In this document: one piece after another, positions 8,682 through 18,209 of the stretch
How the letters are laid out: each line of letters starts with the position of its first letter
How positions within the stretch are numbered: the first letter of the stretch is position 1
DNA from: an uncultured Gammaproteobacteria bacterium
Lineage (GTDB): Bacteria; Pseudomonadota; Gammaproteobacteria; Xanthomonadales; SZUA-38
Reading direction: 5' to 3'
DNA length: 53,739 bases
Assembly (NCBI GenBank): GCA_964351665.1
Contig: CAYGPO010000007.1
Location: 2,055 to 55,793, forward strand
Translations under genes and position numbers: made by a program
The notes under the pieces: generated by a model
What the model was told of the DNA's origin: nothing
The model's input: only the letters and a program-made list of their open reading frames with translations
Database searches by the model: none

Positions 8682-10592
8682 CTAGGGCTGCGCGGAGGCG
8701 TCACCCAGGGCCTCCAGTTCTGACCAGCGATCCATCAGATGAGCAAGCTCAACTTCAAGGGCTTTGATCTGATCCCAGATTTCGGTCTGGCTGGCCACCG
8801 CTGATTCGTAAAATGCCGGGTCGCCCACGGTTTCCTGTAAACCGGCCAGGTTCTGTTCTAAGGATTCTATCTTGTCCGGCATGGCGTCCAGCTCTCGCTG
8901 CACTCGGTAGCTGAGTTTTTTTCGCGCTGGCGCTTTGTTGCTCAACGGCTGGGGCCCTGGCGCGCTCTCCAGTTGCGATTCCGTCGGGCTATCTGACTGG
9001 GCCAATGCCCGCCGGTGGCGTAGCCAATCGCTGTAGCCACCTACGTATTGCCGAATCATGCCGTCGGCTTCAAACACCAGCACCCGGTCCACCACGTTGT
9101 CGAGAAATTCCCGATCGTGGCTAACTACAATCAGGGTGCCGTCAAAGGCTCTCAGTCGTGCTTCCAGGGCATCGAGCATCTCCACATCCAGGTCGTTAGT
9201 GGGTTCGTCCAGCACCAGCAGGTTGGCGGACTGGGTGAAAATCTGGGCCAGCAGCACCCGGTTTCGTTCGCCGCCGGATAATACTTTGATCGGCGTCATG
9301 GCTCGCTTAGCGCTGAACAGGAAGTCCACCATGTAGCCAACAACGTGGCGTTCCTTGCCGTTGAGGGTGATGTATTGCTGGCCTGCGCCGACGGTCTCAG
9401 CCACGGTCTTTTCCGGATCCAGGGCAGAGCGATGCTGGTCAAAGTAGGCGGTTTTCAGGTTGGTGCCCAGTTTAACCGTGCCAGACTGGGGCTCAAGCTC
9501 TCCCAGCATCAGCTTCAGCAGGGTGCTTTTGCCCACCCCGTTGTTGCCGATCAGGCCGACCCGGTCACCCCGCTGCATTTTCAGATTGAAGTCTTTTACC
9601 AGATGCAGATCGCCGTACTGGAAATTCACCGACTTGGCGGTGATGACCTTGCGCCCGGATACCTCAGCCTCGCTGATATGGACCTTGGCATTGCCCTGGC
9701 GTTTGATCCGCGCCGCGCGCTCCTCGCGCATGGCTTCCAGGGCCCTGACCCGGCCCTCATTGCGGGTTCGCCTGGCCTTGATGCCCTGGCGGATCCAGAC
9801 TTCTTCCTGGGCCAGCTTTTTATCAAATTCGGCGTTGTGTTTGTCTTCGTCCTGCCAGGATTTGTGCCGCGCGGCCAGAAACTCCCGGTAGTTTCCGGGC
9901 CAGCTGTTCATCACCCCCCGGTCCAGCTCGGCGATGCGGCTGGACAGCCGGCTGACAAAGGCGCGGTCGTGGGAGATGAACAGCACCGCCCCCGGGTAAT
10001 TGCGTATTTCCTGCTCCAGCCATTCAATGGTGGAAATATCCAGGTGGTTAGTGGGTTCGTCCAGCAACAGCAGGTCTGGCTGTGACACCAGCGCCTGGCC
10101 CAGACTGGCGCGCCGCCGCCAGCCGCCGGACAGCTGATCCATGGCAAGATCCGCCGGCAGATCCAGCTGGCTGATGATGGTGTCCACGGCCTGATCAATG
10201 TTCCAGCCAACCCCGGCTTCAATGCGTCGCTGCAGGGCTTCCAGCTGACGCAGGGTGTGTTTGTCCTGGGATTGGTCGCTTAGCTCCTGGTATTGGTGAA
10301 TCAGGATTTCATGGTGGGACATGCCTAGCCTGACGAAGTCTCGAACCTTCACTGACGATGCTTCCGCCAGATCCTGACGCAGCTGGCTGACCCGCAGGTC
10401 TGACTTGCGTACAATCTCGCCGGTGTCAGGCTCCATCTCACCAGTGATGAGCTTCAGTAGGGTGGATTTTCCGGCCCCGTTACGCCCGATCAGGCAGACC
10501 CGCTCGTCGGACTCCATGGAAAAATTGACTCCAGTGAGCAGTTTCAGCTCGCCAATTTCCAGTGTCACATCGTCAAATCGGATCAGGGTCAT
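8682..10592 (-). CDS. uup: ABC-F family ATPase Uup
   Basis: Two ABC domains (GRNGAGKST, LSGGW, LDEPTNHLD; GNNGVGKST, LSGGE, LDEPTNDLD), linker WIRQGIKARRTRNEGRVRAL and C-terminal KKLSY..QREL coiled coil. Confidence 0.93.
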   Translation of the reverse strand: MTLIRFDDVTLEIGELKLLTGVNFSMESDERVCLIGRNGAGKSTLLKLITGEMEPDTGEIVRKSDLRVSQLRQDLAEASSVKVRDFVRLGMSHHEILIHQYQELSDQSQDKHTLRQLEALQRRIEAGVGWNIDQAVDTIISQLDLPADLAMDQLSGGWRRRASLGQALVSQPDLLLLDEPTNHLDISTIEWLEQEIRNYPGAVLFISHDRAFVSRLSSRIAELDRGVMNSWPGNYREFLAARHKSWQDEDKHNAEFDKKLAQEEVWIRQGIKARRTRNEGRVRALEAMREERAARIKRQGNAKVHISEAEVSGRKVITAKSVNFQYGDLHLVKDFNLKMQRGDRVGLIGNNGVGKSTLLKLMLGELEPQSGTVKLGTNLKTAYFDQHRSALDPEKTVAETVGAGQQYITLNGKERHVVGYMVDFLFSAKRAMTPIKVLSGGERNRVLLAQIFTQSANLLVLDEPTNDLDVEMLDALEARLRAFDGTLIVVSHDREFLDNVVDRVLVFEADGMIRQYVGGYSDWLRHRRALAQSDSPTESQLESAPGPQPLSNKAPARKKLSYRVQRELDAMPDKIESLEQNLAGLQETVGDPAFYESAVASQTEIWDQIKALEVELAHLMDRWSELEALGDASAQP

Positions 10593-10595
10593 TAG

Positions 10596-11843
10596 CTATG
10601 GGTCTGGACTAAGGTTTTGGCTAGGTCTTTTGGTTTCGCTAATGGCCTGCTTGGCCAGCTGTTCAGACAGCGCTCTGGTGATGTCCCGGGCTTCTCTAGC
10701 AATCTGGTTTAGCATACCGCGAGTGGAGATTCGAAAACCGCAAAACCACAAACCCGGAGCCATTTCAGTGCCGCTGGATGTGGGCGCGCCGGCGGCGTTT
10801 AGCAGTCCCTGCTGAGTCGGCATGAGTTGCTCCAGGCGCGGTCGAAAGCCCGTTGCCAGCACTATGCCGTCGTAGCGTTGCAGGGAGCCATCGGCAAATC
10901 GGCAGAGCTGTTGGTCCAGGCTCTGCACCCCCGGGCGGACCTGAATTTTCCCGGCCCGAATCCCAGCAATGGTGCCCACGTCGATTAACGGCACCCGTTG
11001 ATGTTGATCCACCTGGCACTGGACGCCATAAGGCAGCGGCTTGAGACCATAGTCAGGCAGATCGCCGTAGAGCCGCTGGGTGGATCGTCGGCTCAGGGCT
11101 TCGGCCCAGCTGGCAGGCAGAAAGCGGCTGAAGCGGGTAACCGTGGACAGGGGCAAGCCAAACACTTCCTTGGGCACCACGTTCAGCGGGCCGCGCACGG
11201 CCAGGTCCACCTGGCGGCCAGACTCAGCCAGATCCAGGGCGATTTCAGCGCCGGAGTTGCCGGCGCCTACCACCAGGTTTCGCGGGCCCTTAATGCTGTC
11301 GGCATTGCGGTAATCCATGCTGTGCAGCGTCGGAGGTTGAGGTTCAGGGGCAAATTCCGGCTGCTGGGGTACTCGGTTATAGCCGCTGCAGATAACCACG
11401 GCCTGGGCATCAATGGAGCCCTGGGTGGTGTCAGCCCGCCAATGCCCCTGAAGCTGGTTTAGTCCAGTCAGGGCCGTGTCAAACTGCGGCGCGATGGCAA
11501 AGGTTTTGGCGTAAGCCTCCAGATAATCCACCACCTGTTGACGACTGGGGTAGCGGGGGCTGTGGCGAGGGAAGCTCAGGTGGGGCAGTGCTGAGTAGCT
11601 GCCAGGGGTATGCAGGTGGAGTCGCTGGTAGTGCTGACGCCAACGGCTCCCCACCTGCCCAGATTGTTCAATGATGTGGAAATCAAGCCCCAGTTTTCGT
11701 GCGCAGCCAGCCACCGCCAGGCCGGCGGGGCCGGCGCCCACAATCAGGATCGGTGTTGTCGACAGAGGGCTCATGATCTGGGCAGGTTTACTCAACATGA
11801 AGGCACTGGCCATGAAGGGCCTGGCCGCGAGGCCAGGAACCAT
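10596..11843 (-). CDS. Class B flavin-containing monooxygenase (YUCCA-like)
   Basis: GAGPAG, W..HY.RLHLHT, HSMDYRN, GAGNSGAEIALDL and ATGF motifs. Alternative start ATG at 11774. Confidence 0.85.
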   Translation of the reverse strand: MVPGLAARPFMASAFMLSKPAQIMSPLSTTPILIVGAGPAGLAVAGCARKLGLDFHIIEQSGQVGSRWRQHYQRLHLHTPGSYSALPHLSFPRHSPRYPSRQQVVDYLEAYAKTFAIAPQFDTALTGLNQLQGHWRADTTQGSIDAQAVVICSGYNRVPQQPEFAPEPQPPTLHSMDYRNADSIKGPRNLVVGAGNSGAEIALDLAESGRQVDLAVRGPLNVVPKEVFGLPLSTVTRFSRFLPASWAEALSRRSTQRLYGDLPDYGLKPLPYGVQCQVDQHQRVPLIDVGTIAGIRAGKIQVRPGVQSLDQQLCRFADGSLQRYDGIVLATGFRPRLEQLMPTQQGLLNAAGAPTSSGTEMAPGLWFCGFRISTRGMLNQIAREARDITRALSEQLAKQAISETKRPSQNLSPDP

Positions 11844-11854
11844 CGGAGCCGGGC

Positions 11855-13111
11855 TTACAGAATGCTGGAAATTTCCAGCAAGATGGGTTCCGCCTGGTTG
11901 TTGGGCACCGGCCCAGACAAAGCCTCCATGTCACCGGGCTGGGCGGTAGCGTTGCCGGTTTTTGAAATTCTTGCCCCTACCACCACCTGAGGGAAAGCCG
12001 CCAGATTCATCGCTGGCATCATGGCCATGGATGAATCCAAGGTCACGGTGGTGGGCAGCTGGCCGGCGGTCAGTCTGGCAATGGCCAAGGGCATGGGCGG
12101 GCCGTTGTGGGCCCGGGCAAAGACAAACAGTACGTCCCCTGGTGTGACCCGGGAACTGAGTTCCTGGGCCAGAGATATTTGCACGGTCAGTTCCGCTTTG
12201 GCCTCGCCATCGCCTGCCTGGGGCGAGGTTGGAGGAGGTTGTTGACCTGTTCCAGTGGCCAGGGCCTGGCCGCCATCTTCAGCCAGGGCCTGACGGGCGA
12301 TGGAGATCTGTTGAGCGATCTGCTGGGCGCCTTCGCTGCCCGGTTCCAGCTGAGCGGCAAGGGCCTGCCAGCGTTCCAGGGCCACCGCATTGTCACCCAT
12401 GCTGAAGGCGTCCAGGCCCTGCAGCCACAGGCCTTTTTGCAGTGTCGGGTCGATGGCCATGGCTTGCTCAAGTGCTTCCCGCGCGGCCTGGGGAAACGGC
12501 GGTTCGCCGTTGGCAAAGGCGGCGGCTTCGGCATATTCCACCAGCAGCACCGGCTCGTTGGGGGCCAGATCAAGGGCCTGTAAATAGGCCTCGGCGGCCT
12601 CGCTGAAACGTTTGACGGCTTTATAGGAGCGCCCCAGCATAAACCAGTCATCCACGTTGTCCGGATCATTCTCAAGGCGCTCTTTGAGGGTGTTGATGGC
12701 CTGGTCCAGGTCCATGGCGCTGGCGCCGCTGCCATTACCTGCGCCGCTGCTGTTGCCGGCCATCAGCGGGGCCCCGGTGATGGCCACGGGATTGCCGATG
12801 TGGTTGTACATGATGATGGCAAAAACCGGCGCTGCTATCAGCAGCGCAACACCGGTTAGCGGTGAACCGGGCGACTGGCCAACAGGCTCTACGGCCTCCA
12901 ACAGGCTGCCGGCGATGGCACTTTTGCGCTGGCTGTAGTCCTCATCGCTGAGGTGTCCGTCGCGATGTGCCGCCTCCAGTGACTGAAGCCTGCGGCGGGC
13001 CTGCAGAGCAGCCTCGGATACATCAGTGCTGGACCCGCGCAGCAAACCTGGCACTACAAACACCAGCGCCAGCGCAATCATCACGGACACAATAATCCAA
13101 AATGCGGTCAT
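11855..13111 (-). CDS. ccmI: Cytochrome c biogenesis protein CcmI/CycH
   Basis: Two N-terminal TMs, TPR region (DDWFMLGRSY) and C-terminal domain (LFVFARA..GPPMPLA, VGARISKTG). Follows ccmH. Confidence 0.9.
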   Translation of the reverse strand: MTAFWIIVSVMIALALVFVVPGLLRGSSTDVSEAALQARRRLQSLEAAHRDGHLSDEDYSQRKSAIAGSLLEAVEPVGQSPGSPLTGVALLIAAPVFAIIMYNHIGNPVAITGAPLMAGNSSGAGNGSGASAMDLDQAINTLKERLENDPDNVDDWFMLGRSYKAVKRFSEAAEAYLQALDLAPNEPVLLVEYAEAAAFANGEPPFPQAAREALEQAMAIDPTLQKGLWLQGLDAFSMGDNAVALERWQALAAQLEPGSEGAQQIAQQISIARQALAEDGGQALATGTGQQPPPTSPQAGDGEAKAELTVQISLAQELSSRVTPGDVLFVFARAHNGPPMPLAIARLTAGQLPTTVTLDSSMAMMPAMNLAAFPQVVVGARISKTGNATAQPGDMEALSGPVPNNQAEPILLEISSIL

Positions 13112-13605
13112 TCGGTTTTGCCTTCGCGTTCAGCTTCTAAGCGGGTCAGTTCTCGATCCAGCTCTTCCTGATCTGGGTCAGCCTGCACCTCAGCCGGCTG
13201 GCGGCGCCGTTTTTGCAGGCTGCTCATCATCACAATTGCGCCTAAAATTACCAGCACGATGGGGCCAAACCACAGTCCAAAGGTGGCGGGTTTTACCGGC
13301 GGCCGGTAGAGCACAAAATCGCCATAGCGGTCGGCCAAAAAGGTCTTTATTTCCGCGTCAGAGCTGCCGTTGGTCATCATTTCCAGCACCTGATCGCGCA
13401 GGTCTTTGGCAAAGCTGGCGTTGGAATCAGCCAGGTTTTGGTTCTGGCATACCAGGCAACGCAGTTCCTGAATCAGCGACCAGTAACGATCTTCCTGCTG
13501 GGGGGATTCAAAATCCTGGGGGTCAATCGCCATTGCTGGGGCGCTAAGCAGCAGCGCCAGTAGGCCGAGCAGGGCGGCCAGTCTGATTAGGGGTGGTCGG
13601 CTCAT
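13108..13605 (-). CDS. ccmH: Cytochrome c biogenesis protein CcmH
   Basis: LRCLVCQNQNLADS and RYGDFVLYRPP motifs. Start moved to ATG 13605, which overlaps the ccmG stop. Confidence 0.93.
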   Translation of the reverse strand: MSRPPLIRLAALLGLLALLLSAPAMAIDPQDFESPQQEDRYWSLIQELRCLVCQNQNLADSNASFAKDLRDQVLEMMTNGSSDAEIKTFLADRYGDFVLYRPPVKPATFGLWFGPIVLVILGAIVMMSSLQKRRRQPAEVQADPDQEELDRELTRLEAEREGKTE

Positions 13606-14132
13606 GAGGAAGGTGGCGCTTTTAGCAGCGGCGCAAACACCCGTTGGTAGACAGGTTCTGACAAGGCTCCCACGTGTTTGGCCAGCACCCTGCCGTCGGC
13701 GCTGATCAGAAACGTTTCCGGGGCACCATAAACCCCGAAGTCGACTCCGGTACGCCCGTCCGGGTCGTGCAGGACGGCCTGGTAAGGGTCGCCAAAAAAT
13801 TCCAACCACTTGCGGGCATCAGCCAATTCATCACGCCAGTTCAGCCCATAGACGGCGATTTCGCCGCGCTGGGTTAAGCGGGTGATGTAAGGGTGCTCCA
13901 CCTGACATTCCGGGCACCAGCTGCCCCACACGTTGAGCAGGTAGGGCTGGCCCAGCAGGTCGTCTCGGGTCAGCCGCTGCTGCAGGTCGGCCAGCAGCGG
14001 CAGGTCGAAGGCCGGCGCGGCCTTATTGATCAGGGGCGAGGGCACCAGGGTTGGATCCTTGCCGATACCGCTTTTCAGCAGCAGGCCCAGGGCGACGAAG
14101 GCCAACAGTGGCAGGATCAGCCGCAGCTTCAT
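13602..14132 (-). CDS. ccmG: Thiol:disulfide interchange protein CcmG/DsbE
   Basis: LLNVWGSWCPECQVEHP and GVYGAPETF motifs with an N-terminal TM. Confidence 0.93.
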   Translation of the reverse strand: MKLRLILPLLAFVALGLLLKSGIGKDPTLVPSPLINKAAPAFDLPLLADLQQRLTRDDLLGQPYLLNVWGSWCPECQVEHPYITRLTQRGEIAVYGLNWRDELADARKWLEFFGDPYQAVLHDPDGRTGVDFGVYGAPETFLISADGRVLAKHVGALSEPVYQRVFAPLLKAPPSS

Positions 14133-16147
14133 GCGATTGCCGGCGCGCCGTCGCTGGCCTGGTCTGCGCTACGGCTGGAATCCTGGGCTAGGTCCCGCGC
14201 TTTGCGGGCCGCTGAGGCTTCCCGGAAGTAGCGTTGATCCGAGGCTGCCAGCATGCCGCCGGCCATCATCATCAAGGCGCCAAGCCAGATCCAGCGAATA
14301 AAGGGTTTGAAGTAGATCCGCACCGCCCAGGAGCCTTTGTCATCCAGGGGTTCACCCAGGGACACATAGAGATCCCGGGTCAGGCCTGGCTCGATGGCAG
14401 CCTCGGTCATGATCTGACCGCGTTGGGAGTAATAGCCGCGTTTTTCCGGCCGCAGTTCAGCCACCGGTTCTCCGCCCCGGCTGACGCTGAAGATTCCCTG
14501 GTCGGCCTGGTAGTTGGGTCCGTCTGCCCGGTTAACGCCCTGGAACTCAAACTCATAGCCGTTGGCGGAAAACGATTCACCGGGTTTCATGGCGATGTCT
14601 TTTTCGATCCCGCGGGTCTCAACCAGGGTCACCCCGACCAGGAACACGCCAACGCCCAGGTGGGCCATCAGCATACCCATGGCGCCCCGGGACAGCCGCG
14701 GCAGCCCCATCCAGCGGGATTTGGCGGTTTTGTTTACCTGCAGCAAATACTTGCCGGTCATGGAGATGACCCAGACTGCCCCGGCCAGGCCAAACACACC
14801 GCGCAGGCTGAAGGACTGCCAGATAACCCACGGCGCCAGACCCAGCGCCAGGCAGATCGCCAGCAATACAGCGCTATCTTTGATCAGACGCATGGCGTTG
14901 TCTTCGCGCCAGCGGGTAAATGGACCCAGGGGCATTAACAAAATCACCGGCGCCATCAGAATAATAAACATCAGGCCAAAGTAGGGCGGCCCAACGCTGA
15001 TCTTACCCCATCCCATGGCCTCAGCCAGCAGCGGGTACAGGGTGCCCATCAACACCATTACGGTGGAGCCTGCCATGAACAGGTTGTTGGTCAGCAGCGC
15101 GGTCTCCCGGGACACGGTAGAGAACTGGCCGCCGGTGGCCATGCCCGGCGCCCGCACCGCATACAGCAACAGTGCTCCGCCACACAGAATGACCAGGAAG
15201 CCCAGAATAAACAGCCCGCGCTCCGGGTCGCTGGCAAAGGCATGGACCGAGGTAATAACGCCGGAGCGGACCAAAAAAGTGCCCAGCAGGCTCAGGCTGA
15301 AGGCTGAGATGGCCAGCAAGATAGTCCAACTTTTAAAGGCTCCGCGTTTGTCCGTCACCGCCTGGGAGTGGATCAGGGCGGTGCCCGCCAGCCAGGGCAT
15401 AAACGAGGCGTTTTCCACCGGATCCCAGAACCACCAGCCGCCCCAGCCCAACTCGTAGTAGGCCCACCAGCTGCCAAGGGCAATGCCCAGGGTCAGGAAG
15501 GCCCAGGCCACGTTGGTCCAGGGTCGGGACCAGCGCACCCAGCGACTGTCCACCCGGCCTTCCAGCAAAGCGGCGATGGCAAAAGCAAAGGCGACGGAAA
15601 AGCCCACATAGCCCACATAGAGCATCGGCGGGTGAATGATCAGTCCGGGATCCTGCAGCAGTGGATTGAGGTCATTACCATCGGCCAGAGCTGGGATGTG
15701 ACGCAAAAAGGGGTTGGAGGGGAGCAGAGTAAACAGCAGAAAGCCGATGCTGATCCAGCCCATCACGCCGATCACCCGGGCGGTAAAGCCGTCGGGCTGG
15801 GAGCGGCTGAACATGGCCACGGCAACGGTCCACAGGTTCAAAATCCATACCCATAGCAGCAGCGAGCCTTCATGGGCTCCCCATACCGCGGAAATCCGGT
15901 AGGGGATGGGCAGCAGCAGGTTGGAGTTCTGGGCCACATAAACCACCGAGAAGTCCTGCACCACAAAGGCATAGACCAGGGTTCCCAGGGCGATGGTGAC
16001 AAAGGTCGCCTGGCCCAGGGCCGCCGGCCGGGCCACGTTCATCCAGGTCGCTTTGTCCATTTGCGCGCCGATAATCGGCAGACTGCCCTGGATCAGCGCC
16101 ATAGCCAGGGCCAGGATCAGAGCAAATTGTCCAATCTCAGGAATCAT
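14129..16147 (-). CDS. ccmF: Heme lyase subunit CcmF
   Basis: MIPEIG start at 16147; WGAHEGSLLLW, LNPLLQDPG, HPP, WAYYELGWGGWWFWDPVENAS and SVHAFA motifs. Confidence 0.96.
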   Translation of the reverse strand: MIPEIGQFALILALAMALIQGSLPIIGAQMDKATWMNVARPAALGQATFVTIALGTLVYAFVVQDFSVVYVAQNSNLLLPIPYRISAVWGAHEGSLLLWVWILNLWTVAVAMFSRSQPDGFTARVIGVMGWISIGFLLFTLLPSNPFLRHIPALADGNDLNPLLQDPGLIIHPPMLYVGYVGFSVAFAFAIAALLEGRVDSRWVRWSRPWTNVAWAFLTLGIALGSWWAYYELGWGGWWFWDPVENASFMPWLAGTALIHSQAVTDKRGAFKSWTILLAISAFSLSLLGTFLVRSGVITSVHAFASDPERGLFILGFLVILCGGALLLYAVRAPGMATGGQFSTVSRETALLTNNLFMAGSTVMVLMGTLYPLLAEAMGWGKISVGPPYFGLMFIILMAPVILLMPLGPFTRWREDNAMRLIKDSAVLLAICLALGLAPWVIWQSFSLRGVFGLAGAVWVISMTGKYLLQVNKTAKSRWMGLPRLSRGAMGMLMAHLGVGVFLVGVTLVETRGIEKDIAMKPGESFSANGYEFEFQGVNRADGPNYQADQGIFSVSRGGEPVAELRPEKRGYYSQRGQIMTEAAIEPGLTRDLYVSLGEPLDDKGSWAVRIYFKPFIRWIWLGALMMMAGGMLAASDQRYFREASAARKARDLAQDSSRSADQASDGAPAIA

Positions 16148-16601
16148 CGGCAGCTTCCTTGTTGGCTTTCGCCTTTTCCAACGCGTCCGCCACTTCTGGC
16201 GGCATATAGGTTTCGTCGTGCTTAGCCAGCACTTCGCTGGCCACAAACAGCGGCTTGTCGCCGGCCTCCTGACTCAAAGCCCCCTGGGCAATGATTCCCT
16301 GACCCTCTCGAAAAAGATCGGGCAGGATCCCCTCGAACTCAACCGGTACCACCTTAGTGTAGTCGGTGAGCTCAAATCGGACTTTCAGCTCCCCGGGGGT
16401 GCGCGTAACCGAACCGTCCACCACCATGCCGCCAAGGCGGAAGTTACTGCCGTTTGGCACCTCGCCGGCGTGAACCTCGGCGGGGGAAAAGAAATACAGC
16501 ATATTGTCGCCTAATGCGGACAGGGTTAGCGCAGCTGCGCCGGCCACTCCAACGGCGATGGCCATTACGGCATACAGCCGGCGTTTACGGGTAGGTGTCA
16601 T
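16137..16601 (-). CDS. ccmE: Heme chaperone CcmE
   Basis: GILPDLFREGQG and LAKHDETYMPPE (heme-binding HxxxY). Confidence 0.96.
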   Translation of the reverse strand: MTPTRKRRLYAVMAIAVGVAGAAALTLSALGDNMLYFFSPAEVHAGEVPNGSNFRLGGMVVDGSVTRTPGELKVRFELTDYTKVVPVEFEGILPDLFREGQGIIAQGALSQEAGDKPLFVASEVLAKHDETYMPPEVADALEKAKANKEAADDS

Positions 16602-16774
16602 GATTTGCTCCGTCGCCGCTCCAGGGCTTTTTGCTGTCTTAGCTGTTTCATCAGGTTACGTCTTTTTACCAGTGGTGCCAGCATCATCCATATCAAAATG
16701 ATCGTGAATACACCGTATGAAGCCCACACAAATCGGCCATAGCCACCCATGGCAAAAAACTGGCTCCAGTCCAT
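16598..16774 (-). CDS. ccmD: Heme exporter protein CcmD (58 aa, not in the ORF track)
   Basis: Manual translation: MDWSQFFAMGGYGRFVWASYGVFTIILIWMMLAPLVKRRNLMKQLRQQKALERRRSKS*. Has the MGGY..VW.SY motif, a TM helix and a basic tail, and lies between ccmC and ccmE. Confidence 0.93.
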   Translation of the reverse strand: MDWSQFFAMGGYGRFVWASYGVFTIILIWMMLAPLVKRRNLMKQLRQQKALERRRSKS

Positions 16775-17538
16775 CAGGCGGTCTCGCCGGCGATCTGCGG
16801 CGCAACAATTTTTTGTGCCCAGCGGCTGTTGCTTTCCTGTTCCAGCAGCATCAGCCGGGACCGTTGCAGCAGGTTAAAGGCATAAAACAGTTTGGTCGCC
16901 ACCGCCACAGCGAGCAGCGGCCAGAGCATGCTCGGGTGGATCGCGTTATCTCCCATCAGGTTAACTGTCGAGCCCTGATGCAATGTGGCCCACCATTCTA
17001 CCGAGAAGTGGATGATGGGGATATTGACCAATCCCACCAGGGCCAGAATTGACGCGGCCCGGGCGGCGCTGCGGCGATCTTCGATCGCCTGGTATAAGCC
17101 AATAATGCCGATATAGATGAACAGCAACACCAGTTCTGATGTCAACCTGGCATCCCAAACCCAATAGGTTCCCCACATGGGCCGGCCCCAAAGTGCGCCG
17201 GTCACAAGGGTAATCAAGGTAAACGCCGCGCCAATGGGGGCGCTGGCCATGGCCACAATCTCCGCCACTTTGATTCGCCAGACGATGCCCACAACCCCGG
17301 CCACACACATGGCAAGGTAGATAAACAGGCTCATCCAGGCGCTGGGCACGTGGATGAAGATGATGCGATAGCTGTCACCCTGCTGATAGTCCGGTGGCGC
17401 AACAAATAACCCTCGGTAAATACCCCAGGCGAAAAGCATGCCGCTGGCCAGGGCCAGCCAGGGAATAAGACGCCCAGCCAGATGATAAAAATACTCGGGT
17501 GAGCCCGTCTTGTGAAACCAAAGCGTAAGTCGGTTCAT
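16774..17538 (-). CDS. ccmC: Heme exporter protein CcmC
   Basis: QGDSYRIIFIHVP and WGRPMWGTYWVWDARLTSEL (WWD motif). Start moved to ATG 17538. Confidence 0.95.
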   Translation of the reverse strand: MNRLTLWFHKTGSPEYFYHLAGRLIPWLALASGMLFAWGIYRGLFVAPPDYQQGDSYRIIFIHVPSAWMSLFIYLAMCVAGVVGIVWRIKVAEIVAMASAPIGAAFTLITLVTGALWGRPMWGTYWVWDARLTSELVLLFIYIGIIGLYQAIEDRRSAARAASILALVGLVNIPIIHFSVEWWATLHQGSTVNLMGDNAIHPSMLWPLLAVAVATKLFYAFNLLQRSRLMLLEQESNSRWAQKIVAPQIAGETA

Positions 17539-18209
17539 GCAACACTGATCCTGAGGCCCGCTGCGACGGCAAACGGGGCAGTGGTTATGGCCAGCACCGC
17601 CATGGCGCTGAGCAGATATAAGCTTGATGCCGGCGATAGGCCCTGCAACGATGAGGCTACCGCCGCGGTGGCGAAGATTATCACAGGCACATACAGGGGT
17701 AGCACCAGCAGCGACAGGAACATGCCGCCGCGACGCAGGCCCACACTCAACGCCACGCCAATTCCGCCTATGCTGCTGAGAATTGGGGTTCCCAGCAGCA
17801 ATGACAAGGCCATGATGGCAATGGTCTCCCCGGGCAGTCCATAGGCTGCGGCGACCAGGGGCGCCACCACGGTGACCGGCAGGCCGCTGATCAGCCAATG
17901 GGCCAGCACCTTGGTGGCGGCCAGCACTGGCAGTGGCCAGCGCGAGATTATCAGCTGGTCCAGGGTGCCGTCTTCAAGATCGGCATGAAACATCAGGTTT
18001 AACGATAGCAGGCAGGCGAGCAGGGAGATCACCCAGATGACTCCAGGGGCAATGCTGACCAGCAAAGCTCGGTCAGGCCCCAGGCCCAGGGGAAACAGCG
18101 TTGCCACCATAAGCAGAAACAGCACCGGTGCCAGCACCTCGGAGCGCTGTCGCAGGGCCAGACGCAGATCCCGAATCAGCAGAGCCCAGACCGCATTAAA
18201 TAAGGACAT
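17535..18209 (-). CDS. ccmB: Heme exporter protein CcmB
   Basis: LFPLGLGPD, APGVIW, DLEDGTLDQL, KVLAHW and LLVLPLYVPVIIF motifs. Start is ATG 18209 or GTG 18218. Confidence 0.95.
   Translation of the reverse strand: MSLFNAVWALLIRDLRLALRQRSEVLAPVLFLLMVATLFPLGLGPDRALLVSIAPGVIWVISLLACLLSLNLMFHADLEDGTLDQLIISRWPLPVLAATKVLAHWLISGLPVTVVAPLVAAAYGLPGETIAIMALSLLLGTPILSSIGGIGVALSVGLRRGGMFLSLLVLPLYVPVIIFATAAVASSLQGLSPASSLYLLSAMAVLAITTAPFAVAAGLRISVA

Noticed and set aside
13606-17898. Long N-terminal extensions of ccmH, ccmF and ccmC in the ORF track
   Set aside because: They overlap upstream ccm genes in another frame. Internal ATGs at 13605, 16147 and 17538 match family N-termini and give short coupling overlaps.
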